Source: Candidatus Saccharimonadales bacterium
Lineage (GTDB): Bacteria; Patescibacteriota; Saccharimonadia; Saccharimonadales; DASZAF01
Length of the DNA: 64,000 bases
NCBI GenBank assembly: GCA_035945435.1
Contig: DASZAF010000031.1
Location: 17,913 to 81,912 of the forward strand
Reading direction: 5' to 3'
Made by a program: the position numbers and the translations under genes. Below the pieces are notes generated by a model. It saw only the letters and a list, made by a program, of their open reading frames with translations, ran no database searches and was not told the origin of the DNA. Positions 32,844-41,389 of this stretch are shown piece after piece; position 1 is the first letter of the stretch, and each line of letters starts with the position of its first letter.

Positions 32844-33362
32844 ATGACGCGGGATGCACAAGAACAGCTATGGGCACGAGAACGTCTTCACGATCGAGGG
32901 AGACTCTTGCGTGGCGATATCAGCATGCAGGATGGCCCATACATTTTCTACGCGATCCCCCATACGCAGCACGAAGGGTTGGAGATTGCCCTACGACGCA
33001 TAACGGCCCACCATGTACTAGGTTCAAAGGCGACTCGTCTCCGGGCCGCACTTCCGCCAGATGTGTGTGAGGTTACGAGTGACTTTGACGCATATGCTGA
33101 CCCGACACCCGCAGGACGACTGCGAATCTTCTGCAATTATCTCCTTTTTGGACCTGACGGCGACTACATGAGAAGTAAGCGGGATGTCATTGATTTGAGC
33201 TCAATGACCGATCTGGTAGGTGGCAGGACAATCTGGTTTAGCGTCCAGCGCCCCCAATTTGATTTAGGGATTAGATTCCTATATAAATCCGAAACCCAAG
33301 CTCTAACCAGTCTACAACGCGCTCTTGTTGATTTAGGTAGAACTGTTACACGAGCTGCTTAG
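32844..33362 (+). CDS. Hypothetical protein (172 aa)
   Basis: ORF 32835..33362, first ATG at 32844. A TATAAT box at 32823-32828. No family recognised. Contains a YLLFGPDG motif. Confidence 0.55.
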   Translation: MTRDAQEQLWARERLHDRGRLLRGDISMQDGPYIFYAIPHTQHEGLEIALRRITAHHVLGSKATRLRAALPPDVCEVTSDFDAYADPTPAGRLRIFCNYLLFGPDGDYMRSKRDVIDLSSMTDLVGGRTIWFSVQRPQFDLGIRFLYKSETQALTSLQRALVDLGRTVTRAA

Positions 33363-33363
33363 T

Positions 33364-33933
33364 TTAAACTTTGGCCGTATCTGCTAGCAGTGAGTCGTTA
33401 AGGAACTTATCTATCAGTGAAGCCACATGGCTTTTTATACTATCCATCTGCTTCATCTCTTCGGGGTTAAAGCGCGCCAGGACGAACTGCTCAGCCGGCT
33501 CAGAGCTACTCTGTTCATTGGCTATGCCGCAGCGGATACGCAGAAAGTCTTCCCCGATAGATTGAGATACAGAGAGCACCCCCTTATTGCCGGCGTGCGA
33601 TCCTCCTAGACGGGTTCGGATCGTCCCGAATGGGAGGTCAAGTTCATCGTGAACGACTAAAATCTGGCCATTATCTAACTTATAGAAGTCTTTAATTGCC
33701 CTTACGGCCTTGCCAGAATTGTTCATGTAGGTCGTTGGCTTGATGCATACAAGACGGTTGTCATCTTGCTGGGTCTCGGCTACGAAGGCATCAAACTTCG
33801 GCCTCTCCTGCCAGACTAGGCTATGTTCGGCGGCATACTCGTCAAGACAGATGAACCCGACATTGTGTCTCGTCCCTTGATACATCTGACCTATATTGCC
33901 AAGACCGACTATGAGCTTAATCTTTTGCGGCAC
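33364..33933 (-). CDS. pth: Peptidyl-tRNA hydrolase
   Basis: KLIVGLGNIG..Y.GTRHNVGF signature. Start set to GTG 33933 (MPQKIKLIVGLGN). The track's ATG 34008 would overlap der by 92 nt. Confidence 0.85.
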   Translation of the reverse strand: MPQKIKLIVGLGNIGQMYQGTRHNVGFICLDEYAAEHSLVWQERPKFDAFVAETQQDDNRLVCIKPTTYMNNSGKAVRAIKDFYKLDNGQILVVHDELDLPFGTIRTRLGGSHAGNKGVLSVSQSIGEDFLRIRCGIANEQSSSEPAEQFVLARFNPEEMKQMDSIKSHVASLIDKFLNDSLLADTAKV

Positions 33934-35263
33934 GATACGGGTGCTCCTTTTCGTCTTTGGTGTCTCTAAAGAATAGTTTAATGGGTGTGCCAGTAAAGTC
34001 GAATGCATCTCGGAGCCGTCTTTCGAGCTGACGGCGGCTGCTCCAGTGTAAGAACTTGGTATTATTGCCGAAGATGCTGAAGTATGGAGGCCCAGTATCC
34101 GTCTGCGTTATGTAGCGAAGACGAGGTGGCCGGTTTCTGAAACCGACGGGGCTGTGCGCTTTAGTGGTTTCCTGTAGTATGCGGTTTAACTGGGAAGTTG
34201 GGATGACACGCTTGCGTCGCTCATCTATCTCTGTAGCTATGTCTAGAAGCTTGGTCACGTTTTGACCTGTAACTGCACTGGTGAAGATGAGTGGTGCCCA
34301 GGGTACAAAACTGAACTCACTACTTACCTTCGCGGTGATCGTGCCGTGGGTGTGTGTATCTTTCTCGAAACTGTCCCACTTAGTCACGACGATGATAAGC
34401 CCTCTGCCAGCTTCCTTAATGATGCCCGCTAACTTCTGATCGAGGGCAACATTCAATTCGTTGACATCCATGAGAAGAAGACAGACATCGGCTGATTCTA
34501 TGGCTTGCAGGGTCCTCAGAACGCTAAACTTCTCAATCCCCTGCTCTATCTTACCGCTTCGTCTGACTCCGGCTGTGTCGAGAAGCTCGACTGTTCGCTG
34601 GTGATACTTAATATCTACATGGCCGATATCCCGTGTGGTCCCCGCCTTTTGTGAGACCAAGGCCTGCTGTTTACCAGCCAGCGCATTAAAGAGGCTTGAT
34701 TTACCAACGTTAGGACGGCCGATGAGGGCAATACTGAGGGTATTCGTACGATCGATTGCTTGCTTCTTGGGAATATGCTCGACGATGGCGTCACATAACT
34801 CGCCAGTACCCCTGTTGTGATGGGCTGACGTTCGGATAATCACCTTGACACCAAGGCGTAGGAACTCACTGTTATCAAGCGCGCCACCCTTATCTACTTT
34901 GTTGATAACAAGGATGACGGGCTTTCTCGACTTAAGGGCTTGTTTAGCGACTTGCTTATCCTCATCACTCGGATAGAGATCTGCCTCAACCATTACTAAG
35001 ATGACGTCCGCATTCTCAGCGGCGTCAGTAATCTGGTCCTGGATGGTGGCTTCAAACTCATCTTCGGCTCGCTTGAGCCCGGCAGTGTCAACCAACCAGA
35101 AGTGGTAGCCATCGTGCTCAACCTGCCCAACGACAGGATCACGCGTGGTCCCCGGTTCCCTAGCGACAATAGCCTGCTGACCTCCTACGAGGCGATTAAA
35201 GAGGCTTGATTTACCAACATTGGTACGACCAACGATTGCAACAGTGGGCAGTGTCGTTGCCAT
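33917..35263 (-). CDS. der: Ribosome-associated GTPase Der/EngA
   Basis: Two G domains (GRTNVGKSSLFN and GRPNVGKSSLFN) plus a KH-like C-terminus. Confidence 0.95.
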   Translation of the reverse strand: MATTLPTVAIVGRTNVGKSSLFNRLVGGQQAIVAREPGTTRDPVVGQVEHDGYHFWLVDTAGLKRAEDEFEATIQDQITDAAENADVILVMVEADLYPSDEDKQVAKQALKSRKPVILVINKVDKGGALDNSEFLRLGVKVIIRTSAHHNRGTGELCDAIVEHIPKKQAIDRTNTLSIALIGRPNVGKSSLFNALAGKQQALVSQKAGTTRDIGHVDIKYHQRTVELLDTAGVRRSGKIEQGIEKFSVLRTLQAIESADVCLLLMDVNELNVALDQKLAGIIKEAGRGLIIVVTKWDSFEKDTHTHGTITAKVSSEFSFVPWAPLIFTSAVTGQNVTKLLDIATEIDERRKRVIPTSQLNRILQETTKAHSPVGFRNRPPRLRYITQTDTGPPYFSIFGNNTKFLHWSSRRQLERRLRDAFDFTGTPIKLFFRDTKDEKEHPYRAAKD

Positions 35264-35308
35264 AGCGTCATTATATCTGAAAATACATCTATTAACAGTG
35301 GTCGGACC

Positions 35309-36049
35309 CTATTTGGCCGAACTATGGTCGATCTCTTTGAGCTCGTTGTCGACAAGGACGTGGAAGGTGCGACCGTGAAGCTGGTCAATTGACCAGGGCC
35401 CAAACTCAATACGGTGGAGACGGACAACCGTATAACCAAGTGCGGCAAACGTCCGTCTGATCTGCCGATTACGTCCTTCACTCATGGTAACCCGCCATTC
35501 ACGCCGATCACCTCCAGGCATTTCTTCCAGGCCCAGTACGCTCTGGCCGTCGGCCAGTTCGACCCCGTTAGTAGTGATAGTTTTCTGATGAGCTGGGTCT
35601 AGTGGCCGATCCAATAGCGTGATATATGATTTCTGCTTTCCAAAACGGGGATGTGTCAGCTGGAGCGCCAAGTCACCGTCGTTCGTCATAAGGAGTAGAC
35701 CCGACGTATCTTTGTCGAGCCGCCCGACAGTCTTGAGGTGTTGGTATTCATCTGGCAACAGTTCGTAGACGGTTGGCGTATCACCCTGCTTTGCCCGGCT
35801 GCTGACGTAACCGATCGGCTTATCCAGCAGCACATAAACGAGTGGCGCCTTTTTCGAGCTGATCGTCTGCCCGTCGACGATAACACTGTCGAGCGCACTG
35901 ACCCGCTGGCCGAGTCGTGCCTGTTCGCCGTTGACTTGGACGTGCCTGCGTTCAATAAGCTCATCCGCTTGGCGTCTACCAATGCCGAGGTGGGCGGCCA
36001 GCATCTTGTTTAAGCGTTCTGAGCTATCTTGGAGATCGGTGTCAGACAT
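35309..36049 (-). CDS. Pseudouridine synthase, RsuA/RluB family (S4 domain + catalytic domain)
   Basis: S4 region LNKMLAAHLGIGRRQADELI and catalytic GRLDKDTSGLLLMTNDG. Start set to M30 (ATG 36049), an 8-nt overlap with the upstream gene. Confidence 0.85.
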   Translation of the reverse strand: MSDTDLQDSSERLNKMLAAHLGIGRRQADELIERRHVQVNGEQARLGQRVSALDSVIVDGQTISSKKAPLVYVLLDKPIGYVSSRAKQGDTPTVYELLPDEYQHLKTVGRLDKDTSGLLLMTNDGDLALQLTHPRFGKQKSYITLLDRPLDPAHQKTITTNGVELADGQSVLGLEEMPGGDRREWRVTMSEGRNRQIRRTFAALGYTVVRLHRIEFGPWSIDQLHGRTFHVLVDNELKEIDHSSAK

Positions 36050-36977
36050 TTGGTACGACTGGTGGTGCGGGGGCGGCTGGAGCGACGGCTGCGGCCGGTG
36101 TTGGGAGATTAGGAATGACAGGCGCAGAGGGCTCACCTCGAGTAGGAGTGCCTGCAGTAACAGGGCTTAGCTCTGAGGCAGACGGTGGTGCCGATGGGGC
36201 AGCTGGTGGCGGAGTGGTGATCGGAATAGGAGTTGCACTGGCCCCACCCTCCTTCTGCTCTTCCTTATCAAGTAATGCCTGAATATCAATCTTGCTCTTG
36301 CTTATGTCGTTAAGTGGCTGGATGATCCGTTGTCGTCTCGATGGCGGTTCCTCATCCTCATCGTCATCGGAGGAGTCAGTCGGCGGTGGGACTGGCGGCG
36401 GCGTAGGGATCGGTGTCACGGCTGGTGGCGGAGTTGGTGTAGGTGTCGGCGGAGTGACTGGAGCTGGGTCTGGAGTGGGAGTGGCCGGTGGAGTTACGGG
36501 ACCAGGCGTAGCGGGTACGGCTGGAGCAGCGGGAGTACTTGGCGGAGTTGGTGTAGGTGTCGGCGCGGGAGGCGTAGAAGGTGCAGCCGGGGTTGCTCCT
36601 TGTGCTGGCCTATCACCAAGGACTTCATGCACAACGTGGACAACATCCTCAATCCCCACCTGTGACTTGACAAGGTATCTGTCAGCACCGAGTCGTTCAC
36701 CGCGGGTCTTATTCTCTTCTGAGCCGAGGGCACTCATCATGATCACCTTGATGTTCTTCGTCTCAGTTGTTGAGCGCAAGATATCGAGCATATCAAAGCC
36801 ACTGATCTTGGGCATCATGATGTCGGTGATGATCAGCGTGGGCCGTTCTTTAATGGCCATGGCTAGGGCTTGTTCGCCATCACCGGCGGAGACGATGTCA
36901 TAACCCTCGGCCAGAAGGCGTACCCCATAAATTTCCCGGAGGCTTGTATCATCCTCGACAAGCAATATTTTTGTCAT
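36042..36977 (-). CDS. Response regulator: receiver domain plus ~190-aa Pro/Thr/Ala-rich tail, no recognisable output domain
   Basis: MTKILLVEDD...IITDIMMPKISGFD receiver, then PAAPSTPPAPTPTPTPP... low-complexity sequence and an acidic patch DSSDDDEDEE. Confidence 0.8.
   Translation of the reverse strand: MTKILLVEDDTSLREIYGVRLLAEGYDIVSAGDGEQALAMAIKERPTLIITDIMMPKISGFDMLDILRSTTETKNIKVIMMSALGSEENKTRGERLGADRYLVKSQVGIEDVVHVVHEVLGDRPAQGATPAAPSTPPAPTPTPTPPSTPAAPAVPATPGPVTPPATPTPDPAPVTPPTPTPTPPPAVTPIPTPPPVPPPTDSSDDDEDEEPPSRRQRIIQPLNDISKSKIDIQALLDKEEQKEGGASATPIPITTPPPAAPSAPPSASELSPVTAGTPTRGEPSAPVIPNLPTPAAAVAPAAPAPPVVPNV
36426..36565. repeat. 26-nt exact direct repeat inside the Pro/Thr-rich tail of the response regulator
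   Basis: TGGCGGAGTTGGTGTAGGTGTCGGCG at 36426-36451 and 36540-36565, 114 nt (38 codons) apart and in frame. Confidence 0.75.
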
Positions 36978-37019
36978 TGAAGCTCCATGGATATCTTGAT
37001 ACCTAGCATAACATACTGG

Positions 37020-38762
37020 TTATGGTTTAGCATTAGCGGTCGCCAGTTGTGGCGCGGCCTGCTGGTTACTCTGGGCCACGGCGGCCTGGTCGTTACTGAC
37101 TCTTGGGATCTGCAAGAAGAAGGTACTCCCCTTACCAAGTTCACTCTCAACCCAGATCTGCCCACCACTCTGCTCCATGATTCGTCTGGCGATGTAAAGC
37201 CCCAGACCGGTTCCCCCGATCTCTCGGGTGTCTGAGCTGTCGACCCGGTAGAATTTCTGGAAGAGATGTGGGATATCCTCTTTGGCGATACCAAGGCCGG
37301 TGTCCTGGACTGAGATAGTAATGTTAGCGTCGTCAGCGTTAACGTCGACCGCCACTCTCCCCTGCTTGGTGTATTTGATGGCATTGTCGATCAAGTTGTT
37401 GATGACTTCTCGCAGATGGTCGGGGTCGATGTTGGCATAGTAGACCGGCAGGACCATCTTACCGCCATCGACTGCCTTGCCGAGGGCCGGGATGAACTGG
37501 TAGTCGAGCTGCTTCTGAGATGCCTTTGTCTGCTGCCCTTCCCAGAGCTGCTGGATGAGGGCAACGAGATCGATAATCTGCGGGTTATTGGTCAGGCGGC
37601 CGTCATCGGCGCGGGAGACAGTCAGCAGATCACCGAAGAGACGCCCCAAGTGGTTGGTGGCTTCATGTGCCTTGGTGATATAGTCGCGGGCTTTATCGTC
37701 GATCTGGGCTACTGCAGGGTTGAGAGCCAGCGAGAGGTAACCTTCGATCGTGGCAACTGGAGTGCGCATTTCATGGGCGGCCGTAGAGACGAATTCGGCT
37801 TGCTGCCGCTCCTCGGCCCTCTCCTTGGTGATATCACGGAAGATGACGATGACACCATTATTCGTCCCATCCTGATTAGTGATCGGTGCAGCTACGAGCG
37901 AGACGAGTAGCTTCTTTTCAGATCGGGTCGTCAGTGTTAGGTCAATTGGTTGTCCAGGCTTGTTGGTGGCTAGGACCTGCTGGACCGGATCACTGCCCGC
38001 CATTGCCTTGTCGAGTGCGGTCGTCAGCTTGATGATCGACTTGTAGTCGAGATCGAGTGCTTCCTTCTCATCCCAGCCTGTCATCTGAGCGGCTGCCGGG
38101 TTGAAGACTTGAACTCTACCTTGGGTGTCGACAACCATGACACCGTCGGTGATCGACTGGACGATGACTTCGGACTGTGATGAGACGTTGGTGAGACGGT
38201 TGGAGAGGTGTGAGATGGTCGCCTCAGCATGGGATGAACTCTTCTCGATGTTCTTGAAGACATTGCGACGATGTGCCGCATAACCTATCAGGAACGGCAC
38301 CTGAGCGACAGCTAGCAGAACGATCACCCGTTCGGTCGTTCCGAGGAACCAGTGGAGCATGACGGCAAAGACGATGTAAACTGCGTTAGCCATGAACGGC
38401 AGGAACATGCCGGCAAAGCCTAGTGGTGCCCCCATGAGTTCAGTCACAAACCAGAGGCCGATGAAGGGCGAAGCAGCCCCACCGGTCGTTCCGACAAGGG
38501 TGCCTATTGTTACGAGGACGAGTGGATAGATGTACCATCCCCCAGCTACGCCTTTCTTTGGCTTCAGAAGGCGGAAGATGATTCCAAGAAGTATTGTTAC
38601 TCCGCCAAGGACCAGGATTGGCATTGGCAGAAGTGAGTTGTTCTGGTGTTTAACGTTCGACAATAAGAGGTAGATAAGAACGATCAGGATGCCCAGAAAA
38701 ATGGCCATCTCACAAAGACGGCGATACCAGAAGAGACTCGTTGTTGTATTTGAATCGTCCAC
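37020..38762 (-). CDS. Membrane sensor histidine kinase (multi-TM, PAS, HisKA, HATPase_c)
   Basis: About 6 N-terminal TM helices, a PAS-like region, H-box AAHEMRTPVATIEGY, G-box GGTGLGLYIARRIM. GTG start. Confidence 0.9.
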   Translation of the reverse strand: MDDSNTTTSLFWYRRLCEMAIFLGILIVLIYLLLSNVKHQNNSLLPMPILVLGGVTILLGIIFRLLKPKKGVAGGWYIYPLVLVTIGTLVGTTGGAASPFIGLWFVTELMGAPLGFAGMFLPFMANAVYIVFAVMLHWFLGTTERVIVLLAVAQVPFLIGYAAHRRNVFKNIEKSSSHAEATISHLSNRLTNVSSQSEVIVQSITDGVMVVDTQGRVQVFNPAAAQMTGWDEKEALDLDYKSIIKLTTALDKAMAGSDPVQQVLATNKPGQPIDLTLTTRSEKKLLVSLVAAPITNQDGTNNGVIVIFRDITKERAEERQQAEFVSTAAHEMRTPVATIEGYLSLALNPAVAQIDDKARDYITKAHEATNHLGRLFGDLLTVSRADDGRLTNNPQIIDLVALIQQLWEGQQTKASQKQLDYQFIPALGKAVDGGKMVLPVYYANIDPDHLREVINNLIDNAIKYTKQGRVAVDVNADDANITISVQDTGLGIAKEDIPHLFQKFYRVDSSDTREIGGTGLGLYIARRIMEQSGGQIWVESELGKGSTFFLQIPRVSNDQAAVAQSNQQAAPQLATANAKP

Positions 38763-38898
38763 CCAGTTCCTATCGCGTTTATCCTATTATGGCTGGTCGC
38801 CTCAAGAGAAGCAAGTGGTCAAACGCTCTCTCCCCTAGCCTAAACATGAGCATGTTGTGATTTAATATATACATACAGCCAACAAGGAGGACACGATT

Positions 38899-39108
38899 GT
38901 GGTAAACATTAATATTAGCAATTCCGCGCTGACCTGGCTGATCGTGCTAGCCATCTGGGATCTATTCTGGCGAGGCCTGGCTCTATGGCGAGCTGTCAAG
39001 CGAGGCGATAAGCCTTGGTTCGTGGTCATGCTTATCATTAACAGTGTCGGTATCTTACCGATTCTCTACCTGCTCTTTACCGAACCAAAGACCAAGAAGA
39101 AGAACTAA
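38899..39108 (+). CDS. Small two-TM membrane protein (DUF5652-like)
   Basis: 69 aa. WDLFWRGLALWRAVKRGDKPWFVVMLIINSVGILPILYL. AAGGAGG SD, GTG start. Confidence 0.6.
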   Translation: MVNINISNSALTWLIVLAIWDLFWRGLALWRAVKRGDKPWFVVMLIINSVGILPILYLLFTEPKTKKKN

Positions 39109-39806
39109 AAGTTATCTAGATAGAGATCCTGAGGGGTCGAGACGATCTGTGCACGCAGACCCTGCTCGTTAGCGATCAGAATGTGGTTGTCTTCGAGGCG
39201 GATCAGCCCCAATTTGACGAACTTGGCCAGCTCACGGTTAACGCTCTCTCGTGTCAGGTTAACCGTTCTGGCCATCCGGTGATTACTTAGTTGCGGCAGC
39301 AGGACCCCATCCTCTCTCTTAACACCAAAGCGACGTCCAAGTAGCAAGATTCGGTAAGCCAGGCGCTGACTGGCGTACTGGTATTCGAGGTTGTCGAGCC
39401 TCGCCTTATAAACCATCGACTGCCTAACGAGTCGGCAGAGCACCATAAAGGTTGCCTCGGCGTTAGTCGTCAGGAGTTTTTTGAACTTCTCGTCCGGATA
39501 GCGCTCTAAAACACAGTCTTCAAGGACCTCAAAGAATGTGCTGACAGTCAGCTTGCCGACGAGCCACTCCATGGCGAAGAACTCGCCCGGCCCGTAGACG
39601 ACAAAAGAGTTTTTGTCTCCCTTATTGACGGAGAACGCACTGATAAGCCCGCTGACTATTCTGTAACTATAGCCGGAGTGTGCGGGTATCTGTTGAAGCT
39701 TTTTGTATTGAATACGTTCCGAGATCTCTGAGAGGCCAGGTATGTTGAAGTCACCGGTATCCTTCCCAAGCTGAGACTGCCACTGGTGGCGCTTCTTATC
39801 TGGCAT
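39105..39806 (-). CDS. Crp/Fnr-family transcriptional regulator
   Basis: cNMP-binding-like barrel plus a C-terminal HTH (RMARTVNLTRESVNRELAKF). Start set to ATG 39806 with a GGGAGG SD. The track's GTG 39857 lies in a TATAAT box. Confidence 0.8.
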   Translation of the reverse strand: MPDKKRHQWQSQLGKDTGDFNIPGLSEISERIQYKKLQQIPAHSGYSYRIVSGLISAFSVNKGDKNSFVVYGPGEFFAMEWLVGKLTVSTFFEVLEDCVLERYPDEKFKKLLTTNAEATFMVLCRLVRQSMVYKARLDNLEYQYASQRLAYRILLLGRRFGVKREDGVLLPQLSNHRMARTVNLTRESVNRELAKFVKLGLIRLEDNHILIANEQGLRAQIVSTPQDLYLDNF

Positions 39807-39886
39807 ACGGAACCTCCCAGGGTAGCGTTGTAAACAAGATGTACATACATTATACACTCGGAGACAACCCTACTTGGTGATATTCG

Positions 39887-40522
39887 TCACAATCCGGCGC
39901 GTCGTTCTTGGGAGTCGTAGAACTCTATAGACTCCTCTAAGTCTCTGTCGGTGACATCTGGCCAGAGGAGATCAAGGAAACGAACCTCGGCATATGGAGA
40001 GTGCCACGGGACAACTTCGGATATCCGACTCACCTTACCAGTCCGGATAATGAGATCGATCGGCTTCTTGATGTCACTCTGCTCGATGATATCATCTCGA
40101 GTCACCTCGCTCTCGATGTCCTTAAAGTGATTGACGAGGCGGACGACTTCGTTATCAAGCGACCAACCAACTAGGTAGTGGACAAGGAGCGCACCCTCTC
40201 TCTTGGCGGTTGGCAGTTGTTCATATCCAACGCGATGTTTCTCACTGAGTAGCTGGCTACCGGTCACCTCAAAAGTTAAGGGTATGTCGGTATAGTCTTG
40301 GACATGAAGAAAGTGACTAAGATACGAATCAACTTGCTCAGAAGGCCTCTTAAGGTTGTTCGTCGTACAGACGAGCACCCAGACCTCTTCAATCCCTTGT
40401 CTTTTAAGCCAGGTAAATGACTCTCCTACCTTCCTAGCGCAGCGTTTGTAGGCTTCATCAAAGCCGACTTCATTTTCCTGCGCCCATCGCCTGTTACCGT
40501 CTGGGATAATAAGAATATTCAC
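39887..40522 (-). CDS. Divergent cis-prenyltransferase (UppS-like)
   Basis: MNILIIPDGNRRWA signature. Later motifs diverge (TTNNLKRP, IRTGKVSRISEVVPW). 211 aa. Confidence 0.7.
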   Translation of the reverse strand: MNILIIPDGNRRWAQENEVGFDEAYKRCARKVGESFTWLKRQGIEEVWVLVCTTNNLKRPSEQVDSYLSHFLHVQDYTDIPLTFEVTGSQLLSEKHRVGYEQLPTAKREGALLVHYLVGWSLDNEVVRLVNHFKDIESEVTRDDIIEQSDIKKPIDLIIRTGKVSRISEVVPWHSPYAEVRFLDLLWPDVTDRDLEESIEFYDSQERRAGL

Positions 40523-40604
40523 CCAAGAAAACTCCTAAAAACAGGATTCATTGTACAAGAATGGTTAAACAGGGGCAATCGGATAAATATTTCCCCTGCA
40601 AAAA

Positions 40605-41312
40605 TCAGTCGGAAAGTTGGTCCGGATGAGCCGGATAAGGGATACGACTCAATATCCTAACGATACGTGGTGGTTTGTACGTCTGCGGGACAGGCAGAGG
40701 TGTATCGCGATTGTGTTGGTTATGCCAGTACGCCAGGGCACCGACTGCCTTCACGCCAAGGTGGAGGTGTGGACCTCCGAGTAGCGCGTCAATCCCTCGA
40801 AGGTCATCGTCTGTCAGCTGCTCCGGATAGGCCAAGACTGCGGCATGTGCGAGTCGGCTGTGTTCCCATCTCTCAGGGAATGTGGCTCTACTACCAAGCG
40901 CAACAGTATATCGTGGGTGGCCGCTGCTGGTCTCCATACCCATAACGTGCAACAAAAAAGCAGGAGCGGTTGCCCCCAGGATGGTCATGGCCTCAAGTCG
41001 CGTCCCAATTCGTCTGGTTGCGCTCGCGGCTGCCTTTCTGTCGTAACCCGCCATAATTAGCATAGCCTCAAAGTTAGCGGGCTCTCTGGCGAAGACGACA
41101 TTGTCGATGACGTCAATCCCAGCAGGCGAAACGAAGCCCTTGAAGCCATCTTCACGGCTGTATCCATCAGGTAGTCCAGGTGGCGGTGATAAGGCTTCAG
41201 AAAGGTCTATGAACGGAGCTCGAGCCATGGCAGCTCGCAATGCAACCGCTCTGAAGTCGGTAAGGTATGCTGGCACCGGCTCTCTAAGAGCCGACGGTTC
41301 CTCGTAGCTCAT
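40605..41312 (-). CDS. Hypothetical protein (235 aa), putative paralog of 51602..52849
   Basis: GC-rich ORF. Extended -10 TGgTATAGT lies 7 nt upstream of the ATG. Shares colinear motifs APFIDL, SGHPRY.VAL.S and AYP......DL..G with the 415-aa ORFan. Confidence 0.6.
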   Translation of the reverse strand: MSYEEPSALREPVPAYLTDFRAVALRAAMARAPFIDLSEALSPPPGLPDGYSREDGFKGFVSPAGIDVIDNVVFAREPANFEAMLIMAGYDRKAAASATRRIGTRLEAMTILGATAPAFLLHVMGMETSSGHPRYTVALGSRATFPERWEHSRLAHAAVLAYPEQLTDDDLRGIDALLGGPHLHLGVKAVGALAYWHNQHNRDTPLPVPQTYKPPRIVRILSRIPYPAHPDQLSD

Positions 41313-41319
41313 TACACAT

Positions 41320-41328
41320 ACTATACCA
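41320..41328 (-). promoter_or_regulatory. Extended -10 (TGgTATAGT) 7 nt upstream of ATG 41312
   Basis: Read on the minus strand; no SD. Leaderless-type arrangement. Confidence 0.45.
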
Positions 41329-41373
41329 TCGTTTTACTAAAAGCGCACGGTGATGAAGGCGTATCTATCGATA

Positions 41374-41382
41374 TGACATAAT
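41374..41382 (+). promoter_or_regulatory. Extended -10 (TGaCATAAT) 7 nt upstream of ATG 41390
   Basis: No SD. Leaderless-type arrangement, divergent from the element at 41320-41328. Confidence 0.45.
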
Positions 41383-41389
41383 AGTCAGC

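Noticed and set aside
33934-34008. N-terminal extension of pth (track start ATG 34008)
   Set aside because: It would overlap der by 92 nt and add 24 non-conserved residues. GTG 33933 gives the canonical MxxKLIVGLGN start.
36292-36903. 203-aa and 111-aa plus-strand ORFs (Gly/Val-rich, Arg/Trp-rich)
   Set aside because: These are antisense shadows of the Pro/Thr/Ala-rich tail of the response regulator, since GGN and CCN codons mirror each other.
39807-39857. N-terminal extension of the Crp-like gene (track start GTG 39857)
   Set aside because: The GTG lies within a GTGTATAAT promoter-like box. ATG 39806 has a GGGAGG SD at ideal spacing.
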